The notes beneath the pieces are model-generated. The model saw nothing but the letters and a program-made list of their open reading frames with translations. It was not told the DNA's origin and did no database searches. From the NCBI GenBank assembly GCA_973895155.1, contig OZ316891.1, forward strand, positions 22,773,884 through 22,837,883: a stretch of DNA of 64,000 nucleotides, read 5' to 3'. Shown piece after piece: positions 35,232-46,944 of the stretch; the stretch's first letter is position 1; each line of letters starts with the position of its first letter. This DNA comes from Marsupella aquatica. Taxonomy: Eukaryota > Plantae > Marchantiophyta. Position numbers and translations under genes: made by a program.

Positions 35232-38200
35232 TGTTATTGTGATGCCTAGCTAGCCAGGAATCACTAGACCAGTACGTTAAATGGTAAAATCAGGAGTGTA
35301 CCCTGAAAACACCTTAGTATAGTAATAAAAACATGGAAAATATAAACAATTAAGGGTGACTATGGAACCCAAGCTGAGGCCGGAAGTAAGGACGTCGGGG
35401 GAGGGAACACGATTAGGGTTAGGGCGCGCTAAGTGTTGGCGGCTAGGGGTAACCAACGGGAAGGAAGACCGGGCAATGAGGGGGGTAAGGACCAACCGCA
35501 AGGAATGGTGGCTCATTTGCAAGCACGAACTAAGCAGATGACTACGGGAGGCCAACTACTGTCAGCTGCTTAGGCAAGCACTCAAGGTGGAGCATATACC
35601 AGCTAATCAACGCAAGGATAGGAGCAACGTCAATCAAGCTGCTCATTTTTGGGGATGCCTGTTCGAACGGGCAACTGAGTACATTGGGACCTACAAAGAT
35701 GAAGAATCAGAGAGAGCAGGTAGAGAACGGCAGGAGCTCGCTCGACTGTGGGAGCTGCAAAAGTCTGCCTTCTTAGGAGGAGAACTCATCAAGGCTGAAT
35801 TCCTGTGGACACCTACTGGCAACCTCGCTGGCAACGAGCTAGACGACCTTCTAATTTGCGAGGACAGAATTGTCGGCATCCGCGAAGCCATCAAACGCTG
35901 CAATGACATACACTGGGAGTTAAAAGGTAGCACGGAGGGGTGGACGAAGGCAACCGTGCTAGGAGAAACATCCACGACAGCCACTATGAAGAGGAAGGGG
36001 AACAACAACGAAGAAGCCACCCCTGCGAAAAGAACAAGGTTGGCGGCACCCAAGAAACCAGCACAGCAGGGAAGCAGGAGGCAGGCGGAAGCCGAAGAGG
36101 AGGAGGTCAACCCCATCAATGCTATTCCAACAAGAGATGATACCTGGAAAGGCTGGGCGGCGACCCTCCCCAAGGAAGTGCAATTATACTTTGCACGTGA
36201 AGAGGATGCATGCTTTACGGTTGTGCAGACTCGGAAATACTAGGGCTTCATGGCCGGATCCGGCTTGGAAGCCTTTGTAAGGTTGCCGTGGTTGAAGCCA
36301 GAGGTGCCGGATTCATACTTACTAGAATTCGTGGGATCATGGGATCCCGAGACCAATTCCACAAGGGTGTATGGGAAGGATTTCTACCTCACTCCCCGGG
36401 TGATTGCCGAAGTATTTGGCTTGCCGATGGGCAATAAGACCAAAGTAGATACTAGGAAGACCTTGCCAGACAAGGAGTTCCGGTCGTTTCCAGGGCCATC
36501 AACAAAGAATGGCTTCTTCTGAAACACCTGCACCAACCTGCACATAGGAGAGATGATCAATTTTTTGTGGGTGTCCATGCATTGCAACTTGCCGATGGCA
36601 GAGATTGGCAAGGCATAGGTCTATCTGGCGGAGAGGCCAGACCCAAGTCGGGACTACAACGGGTACCTCCTCACCCAGCCAAAGAAGATCTTGAAGGAGG
36701 AACAGCTGGTGATCGGCATGGGAAGCGTGTCCCGGCTTGGCTATCACATGCCGCTATTGTGTCGGTATGCCCGAAGTAAGACCTTTGCCCTGGTACTTCC
36801 CCTACAGGCAAGGGTACCGGTGTCGTGGGGATTCTTTGTTTAGTAAGTTCCTTCTAAGTATAGCTTAGTAGTATAGGATAGTAGTTTGAATTCTCGCATT
36901 ATATGCAGTCTATAGTGTACATGCTACAGTGCACGACCTACAGTGTGCATGCTACAATGTACGATCTACAGTGTGCATGCTACAGTGTACAATCTATAGT
37001 ATGCATGCTATAGTGTACAATCTACAGTGTGCATGCTACAGTATACGAGCTACAATGTGCATGCTATAGTGTACGATCTACAGTCTGCATGCTATAGTGT
37101 ACAATCTACAGTCTGCATGCTATAGTGTATGATCTACAGTGTGCATGCTATAGTGTACAATCTACAGTATGCATGCTACAGTGTACAATCTACGAAGTGC
37201 ATGCTACAGTGTACGATCTACAGTGTGCATGCTACAGTGTACGATCTACAGTGTGCATGCTACAGTGTATAATCTACAGTATGCATGCTACAGTGTACAA
37301 TCTACAGTGTGCATGCTATAGTGTATTGCCTACAGTTTCTCCACTCACGTAACTATAGTACTAGCACACTTACTTGCCTTGGATATGTGACACATGGCTT
37401 CCATCAGTGTGTCATGCTTGATCCGTGTGCTTGAGGTGTGAGCACTATAAATAAAGAGGAGAGGGGCTCTCTCCCCTCACTCCCCATTTTTCATCAATTG
37501 AGTTGTGAAGCCTTAAGAATCCATTGGACTTGATGACCTCCTCTATAAATATAACCCTTATGAAGTAGATCCACTCATACACGCTTGCTTAAAGCTTTGG
37601 CTCGGCCAAAGATATTTTGTATGAGTTGGACCTTCAAGTGTTATCATTTGATAGGAGATGGTTATTAAGTCCTAAAGAGATGCAAAGTGCTCAACAATAC
37701 CTTAACATCATATGCTCCTTTTGGGTGAAACCCTCATGAAGTAGACCTATGCATGCACGTTGGCTTGGAGCTTAGCTCAATCAGTGGTAATTTGTACGTG
37801 TTGGACCTTCAGATAGTGTTTTCATTCAAAAAAAGATAAACTTATTAAGATGAACATCTGTATGTATATACTTATAGTTAACTCAATGCACAGTATTTGT
37901 TTGAAATGAATGATCTTTTCGTTGAATGATTCTATATCTTGTCATTAGAATGAATATTAGTTGGATGGAATATTTGATAGTACGATAATGCCCAAACCAG
38001 TATCTGTTCTTTCTCTCCCTAATCCTTTCCTTATTAGAATTCATGTACTCCAAAAAGAGATCATGCGTCAGCATATGACTTTTCACTTTGGAGAAGCATT
38101 TGCAACTGCGGTGTTAAATTCAATAGAACCGATTGTATACCCTTATGTAGTTTATGGGCAAGATTGGGCTTGCATAATTTTTATCTTGTATTGAGATGGA

Positions 38201-41200
38201 TCTCAACAAACCTCCCTCCAATGAACCTCCCATTTCTTTCTCGTTGGGAGATATTTGCTTTGTAACTCAACCCAAGGTAGCTGCCAAGGAGGCAATAGTC
38301 CGTAGGTATGGAGAAAAGGGTTATGATGTTGTACTTTCATCCATAGAACCATTTATTGTGGTGTCTGCTACCCAGTCTAGAATAGTAATCATGATCTTAA
38401 CTTAAGTTCTCTCTTGACACTAGCAGCCATAGGCCCGGTGCTTCCTCAAGAACCATATTTTCCTCCTAGACATCGGAGAAGGTTCCGGAACAGAGGTCGG
38501 CAACAAAGAAACCAAACCCGCCCAACAGTCCTACAATCAAGCAGGTGTTTAGGCCAAGGACGGAAGACTTGCCGATGCAGCAACCAGGCATGCAGAATCT
38601 GTTGAAATTATTGGAGAAAGAAAAGAGAACGGCAACGACAACAGCAACGGCAATGGCAACGGCAACGGCAACAACACCAATACAGGACACTACTCTAGAG
38701 GTAGGCCTAAGCTGACTTACAAGGGAAAACCCCTTTACTGGAGCCAAGGAGAGAAGGAGGCCGAAACACGAGCCGGGGGTTCAAATGTATGTGGGAGCCG
38801 CGAGTCTAGAAGCCAAGGGAGAGCAACCCAAGGCTCCTAATCACGGTAAACAAAGGGAGAAGACAGCCTGGAAGCCGGAGGTGGAACCAGGACCCGAGAA
38901 CTGTGAGGCCGTGTTCACGGCAAGACCAGGGGAGCATCGGAGGGAACCGGTAGTCCAAGACATAGAGGAGGCGGTGGAGGGCTACAGCAATGATAACTCC
39001 GGCTACGGGTCAGACCATCATGTTCCAGGAATAAGGACCTGTGGCCGGTTCATCCCCACGCTCCCAAGAGTAGTTTGAGGGGACCCGACCCAGCAGAGCA
39101 GCCCCGAGTCTCCCCCACCAGATGTCACTCCCCCGAGCTTTGACGGCATAAAATAGACGGCACAAGAGTTTCAGGAGCGACTCAGGGAGGAAGAAGAGGC
39201 AGCCTTGGCTAGGAAGAAAGATTTACCAGGAGGAGAATGGCTAGAGGACATCAGGCGGCTTGCAAAAAAATGAAGCAGCCCTCTAGCCATGATAGAAGAA
39301 ATCCGCAAGGCGGCTTGGGAACAAAGGCCACGGTGGATGATGCCGATGACTTCTACTTCCTCCACCTATGCTAAAGACAGAGCCATGGAGTACGGGGAGA
39401 TGTGTGGAGAACTTGCGCTCAGCATCTTTGGGGAGGAGTTGGAGCAGGGACCCTTTTTCCAGAGGGAGATGTTGGAGAAGCGCCAATTAGAAGAAGCGGT
39501 GGCTTTGGAAAGAAGCAAGAAGGACGAGGTCATCCGTCGGCTTAGGGCAAGGGAAGCCGAGGTAGAAGACCTGAAGGCGGCCAAGAAAGCCCAAGACGAG
39601 CTGCGAATTAAGCGGCATGAGCTAAACATCATGCAGGGGCAATTGGATACCGCACAGTCTGATAATCGGATTATCGAGGATAAACTGACTCGGACCCAAG
39701 GAGAGTTGGCCGAAGCGATCAAGGAGAGGGAGAAGTGGAAGCGAGAGCTAAGGAACGCAGAGGAGGCCCACATAGCAACCAACAACCGGGCCATGGCCGA
39801 GACCCAGAGAAGGGAGAGGACGTTGAAGGGGGAGCTTGAGGATATCCGCGGAGCCCTTGAGCAGAAGGAGGCCGAGTTTGGGAAATCCTATCAGGCAATT
39901 ATTATGCTGCAACAAGAGCTTGCATCCCTGACGGCCAGCTTCAAGGCCGACCTCCGTGAGAAAGACGACCAGCTCGACCAGACTTATGCCAAGATGAATA
40001 AAATGGAGTCTGAGGTCGTAACGGAGCTTGACAAGGAGCTAAAAGCAACCCAGTAGGAGAGGGCTACCTTAAAGAAGGAGTTGGAGGAAGCCCACAAGGA
40101 ATTGGAGGAAGCCCAAAAGGAGTTGGAAGAGGCGCGCAAGAACCTGGACGAAGTGCAGGAGGAGTTGGAGGAAAGCACGCGGAAGATGGAGAACTTACAG
40201 CGGCGAGCCGACAACCAAATGGAGCGGCTGAAAAAATAGGCCACAGTATTTAAGTGCTTGGGTTCATCAAGCCCAACTCAAATGGGGGCAACCAAGTTAC
40301 CATGAGTAGTACTGGCCGAAGGACAAGTCGCGCCACTCGCACCGGTGCCGGAAGTAAGTGGCAAGGGGAAGGGGCCAGCTGCCGAACCAGGGAAGAAAAA
40401 GAAGCGGAAACCTTCTGGGTCAAGGAGTAATACGGCTCCTCAAGCCATTGTGACCAAGGAGGTAAAACCGGCACCAACCTCAGGAAGGGTCACGATAGAG
40501 GATCCAATTGCCCTAGAAGGCGGGGATGGCGAAGCTGAGGCCAGGATACTTGGTGATGAAGCTGGGGTACCGGATCCACCACTAGAGCATGCCGGGGAGG
40601 CCGTGGCCGATGCTGAGGCCGAAGCCAAGGGTGGACCCAATCAGGCCGATGGAGAGTTGACTCGGTCCGGAGCAGGTAATTTTTCAGAGAACAAACCTAC
40701 GGCAGTGGCTGCGGAAGAAGCGTTGGGGGCGTCCATTGAGGACTAGACACCGTTGCCATGACGGTGGTGGAGGGCCGCTCCTTTTAAGGAGGGCGGACTT
40801 GGAGGGAGGAGGCGTGAGTAGGCAGGGAGGGCTCAGATCTCCAAGTTTAGAATTGGGATCAGGACCAAGAGGCGGCCCTGACACTTAGCTTAGTAGGATT
40901 GCGGATCCACTGGTAAGAGCAACACTTGTGCTCCTGCCTTGTTGTACATAGGTAGATTACAGTTAGGTAGATTAGGCTTACGCTGCAAGGAATTAGGCGG
41001 ATCCACTACTAGGATAAGTACTTAGGCAGCGGGGAGTTCAGGGCCTTCTTCCTTAGCAAGTTTTTAGTGCACCAGCAGGGCTGGGATCAAATAGTTAAAG
41101 AAGTTCTCGGTTAGTTATACTGTGACCCTTGTGTATATTCATGTTTCCTCATGCCTAAGAGATGAATAGAGTTGGCCTCACGGCTTAGTTCGCAGATCTT

Positions 41201-41746
41201 GTGTATGAGAAGTACTATTTGTATGGCAAGTGCATGGCATAACTCAGTCAGAAGGAGTCATTTTGCTATTTGTGTGTCGCATTAACTTGTTTGAAGATTT
41301 CCCACATCAACCAAGAAGGGAGTAAGCAAGGTAGTAAGAGTTGGATGTGTCGAGCTGAGAGAGGTCTTAGCGGCTTACCCAAGCCAGTTGGGGATCATTC
41401 CGGCGGCGGAATCCAAACATACCTAAAGGAAAACCAAGAGAGGAGGACAAGGGAAGGCCTAGAATAGGCCGGCTACGTATCTCATGACCCATGAAGGATC
41501 TGTCCAATATATGTGAGTAAAATGTTAATAGTAATAGTAGTAAAGGAGTTTAGCAACGTCCCATGCCGCTAAGCCGCGGAACCGGCCTCGCCGAGAGCAA
41601 AACCTACGGGAATCGGCTTGTGCATGGGGGTTTCTTGGGTTTAGGGAGCCATGGGATGCACCACAATGAATGACCCCAAATTTCTATTGATTGCCCCAAG
41701 GGAATGTAAGAGGGTAATCGTAATTATAGATCACTCGATGCAAACA
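35232..41746 (+). mobile_element. LTR-retrotransposon-derived block (Gypsy accessory ORFs); boundaries tentative
   Basis: FVRLPW..LLEFVGSW..RVYGKDFYLTPRVIAEVFGLP at 36250-36522 (Athila-ORF/PMD-like) and a coiled-coil ORF at 39289-40240. Possible TGTT...AACA ends with TGCAA repeated at 35227 and 41747, which could be chance. Confidence 0.4.
36905..37335. repeat. Minisatellite, about 15 x 28 bp made of two related 14-mers
   Basis: tacagtgtgcatgc alternating with tacagtgtacgatc. Confidence 0.95.
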
Positions 41747-42509
41747 TGCAATATCATGATAGAGCAAAACTAGGATTTATTAGTCTAATGCCACACTTTT
41801 GTGGCATAATCACTACATTGCCACTCTTTTTCTTGTATTTATCAGTTTGCCACTCGTTTGAGTCATCGATTAAGAAAAGTAACTCAGGTTAACTACCTAA
41901 GATCCGACGTTTGAGATTTCTTTTGGTCTCCCCATTGGACGGTTGTCGCTTCCCTCATGGTTACATTTTGAACCCTCAATATAGTTTGCAGAGGGGTGGG
42001 TCGGCTGATCCATTTCTCCTCCCCTACTCCATTTCTCTATCACCATAGTTGAGGCGCACTGGCTGCATTTTTGCTCCACCCTTGCCACTATCATTGCATC
42101 CTCATTTCCCCGGCCCGGGCTGTGTTGTCGTTGACCCTGGCTGCCTCTAGCCTGGCCGGGGCTGCATCGTTGCATGTTGCTTGTCGGCCTCTCTTGACTC
42201 TGCCCTCCAAATTATGGGTCTTAATAAATTTAGAAGTGTATAAAATCCCTAAACACTCCAAGTCAAACAATAAAAGTGTTAAGCTTGCATGTACATTGTG
42301 AGGGATAAGAACCACAAAGTTAAGCTCATGTTGGAGGAATAGCAATTGGGATGGATGACCACTTAGTTGAGGAATGAAGAGTTGAAATGTCAAAGGAGAC
42401 GGGCACCTCGCTCGTGGTTGCAAAATGAAAGTAAAAATCCAAAGGAAGAGATGGGTGACCTGAGCACCCCGCGTCCGCTCCAATGCGTATCCCATTTTCA
42501 TTGTTTTAA

Positions 42510-42735
42510 ATTTTCCCATTCTCCCAACATTGGACTTTCCCATTCCCTTAGCATCGGACTTTCCCATTCTTCCAGCATCGGACTTTCTGATAGAAGTCTG
42601 ATTGTCGATATCCGATACTTTTATCATGGCATGTTATGATGCCGATAGAATCGGATGTATGGTTTTTTCATATTTTGTTTTACAAAGGCGTCCGATGTGG
42701 AGAGAATTGGAAAAAGGAGGTAAAATGTACTAGTG
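42510..42735. mobile_element. Probable CACTA terminus with subterminal repeats
   Basis: Repeated gcatcggactttcccatt units end in AAAATGTACTAGTG at 42735. The partner end was not found. Confidence 0.5.
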
Positions 42736-43028
42736 GTACTCCTCATCCTGATCGTCCATCTCATCATTGGCAAGGGGCTGAGTGACCCTCAACATCCTCC
42801 TCATCTGAGAAATGTAAGGTGGCACGTACGTGAAAGGCACGGGCTGATGTAGTCATCATTGATGGGTGAGGTGTGGGAGTAATATGTACACCATCCTAGA
42901 GTTTTCAATATGCAATGACAGATCACAATTAGAGAAAGGGTTTATGTGATAAAGCTTATAATGAAACATCAATAATGAAAAATGCAAGGATCACCCCATA
43001 ATGAATATGTCATGTACACATGTAAACG

Positions 43029-43850
43029 TCAATGCCAATCATAATCTACGAGAATCTCTTCCCCTGCTCTAATGGTGCGGGTAGCATGTGTCAAGATGTA
43101 ATGCGTGCATGCTACAGGCAAACGAGGGTGACTCTGGTCCTGGTACTCGTGCCACTCAACGTTTGGCCTAAACCCTAAACGCTGAGAACCAATAGTGTTG
43201 TTGATGTAACCCGCCAAGTTCCCCGTGCAAGGTGGGTAACCATCAATCTGAGCATACCTAGGGTCCAACTTTAGTGACATGCCATATCGACTAAAGGTTG
43301 GGCACTGTAACAGAGACAAGATGCGCCATCTTGCCGCCAAATACTTGGGCCCATAGAATGGAAACAACTGAGGCAAATCATCAGGTGCACAACCGGTAGG
43401 GACCACGATATCCACAAGAGCAAATACTCCAAGTCCTACATGAGTCCCCAATGTGGAGGGGAGGATGACCCATGGGCGGTCCCAAACTATAATAGGCTCC
43501 CGAAGCGGGAGGTCCATAGGGAGTCCAAACTGGGCTGGGAAGGAGTCCTTTAAGATGTCCAAGGCTCTCCCTCGCAACTGTCTTGGTGCCCGGGACACCA
43601 ATGCATCAAGAAAAGGGCATCGGGGCGGAACAATCCTAGGTGGACGGGAGTCAATCGATCGGGGTCTAGTGGTCACCACTACTCCCCTCTCAATAGGGTG
43701 CATCCTAAACACTCTCCTCCTCCTATGAAATACACGGTCTATCTCCCTCAATGTGGCTGGAAAATCGGATGGATGGACAAGTGGTGCGAGTGCACGACAT
43801 GCAATGTCTCTCAAGCGGTCCACAGGCGAAGATCGCACTACAACAGGAAT
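43029..43850 (-). CDS. Second SET-domain exon (open frame) of a truncated CACTA-type element
   Basis: WVILPSTLGTHVGLGVFALVDI, LFPFYG, IDGYPPCTGNLAGYINNT..PNVEW, ATRTIRAGEEILVDY. Acceptor at 43851. Confidence 0.87.
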   Translation of the reverse strand: MPVVVRSSPVDRLRDIACRALAPLVHPSDFPATLREIDRVFHRRRRVFRMHPIERGVVVTTRPRSIDSRPPRIVPPRCPFLDALVSRAPRQLRGRALDILKDSFPAQFGLPMDLPLREPIIVWDRPWVILPSTLGTHVGLGVFALVDIVVPTGCAPDDLPQLFPFYGPKYLAARWRILSLLQCPTFSRYGMSLKLDPRYAQIDGYPPCTGNLAGYINNTIGSQRLGFRPNVEWHEYQDQSHPRLPVACTHYILTHATRTIRAGEEILVDYDWH

Positions 43851-43954
43851 CTGTTCCACATGTTCACCAAAACAAGTTCAGAATATGACAATCAAAAAAT
43901 AATTCAAGGAAGGAGATGTTATCATAATTGCAATACCCAACAAAATTGTATTAC

Positions 43955-44560
43955 CTCTCGGGTCGGGGGGGTGTAACGACCATGGATCCGTAAATGGCTA
44001 AGGACAGTGGTCCTCTCGTGTTAGACAACACCCTTGCATCGTCTGCAAGGGCAAGGCATCTTGCCCAATCCCCTGAAGAGCAGCCATGGCCTCTCCAAAT
44101 CCATCCGCACGATGGGGGCTCCGGCCTCTCCTGCCCTTGAAATGATGTCTGCGTCGATGATGCCTGGATCGGTGACACCTAGATCAATCATACATGTCTG
44201 GTGAGTAATCTCTCTCCCGGTCCGACAGGTCGTCCCTCCCCCTATGATGATGGTTGTCTCTACATTGGGTGTAAGTACCCCCACCATGGTCCTCATAGGA
44301 TGAGTCATCCCTCCTCCTCCCTCCCTTGTCATCCTTCCTCCTCCGCCGCTTGTCATCGCTCCTATATCTCGATGAAGCTGAACTCCCCCTATGTCGATGA
44401 TGGTGTCTATGTCGGTGAGAACTACCGCCATGCTCATCGTCATCGTCACACGAGTCATCCCTTTGCCTATCCAACTCATCATACGTCCCCCTATGATGAT
44501 GATGGTATCTGTGCCGACGATGCCTGCCCCCATCATGGTCCAATGCATAGGTTGCCATGT
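43955..44560 (-). pseudogene. CACTA transposase-associated Zn-binding exon upstream of the SET exon
   Basis: MPCPCRRCKGVV*HERTTVLSHLRIHG, then a phase-0 donor GAG|GTAAT at 43954. Confidence 0.7.
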
Positions 44561-45189
44561 CCCCTGTGATCAAATTTACAAAGGCCCCCACAACATATTA
44601 AACCCCAAGCATAAACGTATCCCGCAATGTTAACCAAAATAGCATCCAGCCACACGACGTTCTTCACAAATTAACGTCGTTGTTTAGGTTGTGGGGAACA
44701 AGCCAAAATTAATTTACGTAGTTATGTACTACGTACTTAATAAGTTAACGTCGTTCGGTATGACATAATTATGTGTAACGTCGCCACTAAACCCTACACC
44801 CCTGGTTAACATTGTGATTAGCGACGTTAAATTAGGGTAACAACGGGTCTCCAAGGTTTGTGGGCTGCGGCTGTTTTCCTTTAACAAGACATCAGGTCGT
44901 GACTCGAATGTGACTCACATTCAACATTCAACACTTCCCCTCTCCCCCTCTTGACCTCCTATCTTAACAGTGAATGACTATGGCTCATCCAAGCTATCTA
45001 CCTTCCAGTGGAGATTTTGATGCAGACTTGGTGGCTATGGATGATCTAGGGGAGTTAGAAAAGGTGCGTAAAGCTATGCTATCAACACATTCGCTGATAC
45101 ATACATAAATTTTTGCAATGAGTCGTGAGGAGTTGGTGGCTGTTTTTTGTTCTATTTTGTGGTTGTTTTTTGTTCTGTTTGGCACCCCA

Positions 45190-45580
45190 ATAGGAAGAGC
45201 AACCACAGATGCAATGCGTGAGCAGGGATTGCCAATAGCAAGAGCAACCACAGATGCAAATTGAGAGCAACCACAGATGCAAATGCATGAGCAGGGATTG
45301 CCAATAGCAAGAGCAACCACAGATGCAAATGCATGAGCAGGGATTGCCAATAGCAAGAGCAACCACAGATGCAAATTGAGCACATCTGCACTGTGCATGA
45401 GCAGGGATTGCCAATAGGGAGAGCAACCACATGCAAATCGATCACATCTGCACTGTGCGTGAGCAGGGATTGCCAATAGGTAGAGCAATCACAGATGCAA
45501 TGCATGAGCACGGATTGCCAATAGCAAAAGCAACCACAGATGCAAATTGTGCACATCTGCACTGTACACGAGCCGGGATT
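45190..45580. repeat. Irregular tandem repeat
   Basis: Recurrent gagcaaccacagatgcaa and gagcagggattgccaatag units. Confidence 0.9.
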
Positions 45581-46944
45581 GACTTTCAAACCTACTGGTT
45601 GGGAGGCAGAACTGCTAACCAATGCACTATGAGAAGTTTTCAATTTAAAGTGTTTATGAACTGTAAATAAAGTATATCATTCGATAGCAATCATAACCGG
45701 CCCGGTCCAGGCCCTTGTTTGACCTGCTATGGGTGGTTGCGTGCACAGGTTTCTTGGCCCGGTCACCCAATGGTAACCCGGGCTACCTGTCCCTGCCTGA
45801 TCTGCCCAAAAATTCAAAATTCAAATATCTGGCCTCCAATCAGATTGCTTGGATTATTTTTACCACTTTTCTCCCTCATTTTTCATCGTTTGATAATCTG
45901 GTTTTTCCTGAGACGTGAATCTCGAAGATATCTGCATTTTGAGCCATAGATTGACTCATTTGATGAATGAATGAGAATTGACAGGCTCCCAATTGGAGGG
46001 CTACGGAAGGGCACCCATCTGCGGATGCAACATTCATGTTTTGTGAGTGAGTACTCCGGGTCACTTGAAGTACTTGTAGAGTGAATTGTGCTTTAATGAG
46101 AAGAGATTTCCAAGTAGTCTAAGTGTTTCATTTGAAGGCACTTGCCGTTTTGATGGTGGAAAAGACTACTGGTAGGTTCTAATCTCCTTTTTCCTTTTGG
46201 AGATATCTTGAAGGCAACGGTACATAGACCTCTAACTTAGGGGCATCGTATCAGAGTCGTACTCGGGGGAAAAAATTGGGGCACAGAATTTTTCCAGCTG
46301 GGTATATGACCCTGAAAATCAAGTGTTTCCATCCCACAACAGAAAATCGTTTCAGATGTAGCATGTCTATAATTGATGCCAGAAGGTGCGATATTGGCCC
46401 AATCAAATGGTTTTTAGACAGACACTCAAATCTTTAAGTACTCGTGCCCCTCAACCACAGAAGAGCATTGGTGGACAATGTACTCCAGACTGTACATAAT
46501 GTGTTACTAGAATTTTGTCATCCTCACTTCGTTTACCCTGAGTTGTTCTTCGGTTGGATTCAACTGACTGTTGATAGCACTGTAACCCATTATCTTAAGT
46601 TTTAATCCTCACCAAGACTATCTTGGTAGATAAAATTCCATTATATCTCTCTAATCACTTCTTAGTGGAGAACGTTTCATGGTGGACATTCTCAAAGACA
46701 CGTTTGTCACAATGCAGCAAGGTCACCTTTGTCAGAGTGTACTTGTAGAGAAACGACCATGTCTCTCTAGTGACTCGTTTACTTGAAATTGGAAAGGAGA
46801 GCTCTACACAAGAAGCGGATGGAGTTCCAAAAGTATTTAGCTTTACAAGAAGGGCCATTTTGTTTTGGAAAAAGCTTATTGACACTCTTTTGGAATGCGC
46901 TGAAAGGAATAATTTCCCTTTTACGATCCAAATATGGAAGCCTG

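Noticed and set aside
44994-45670. Cys-rich metallothionein-like ORFs
   Set aside because: They are translations of a tandem repeat that is open in several frames.
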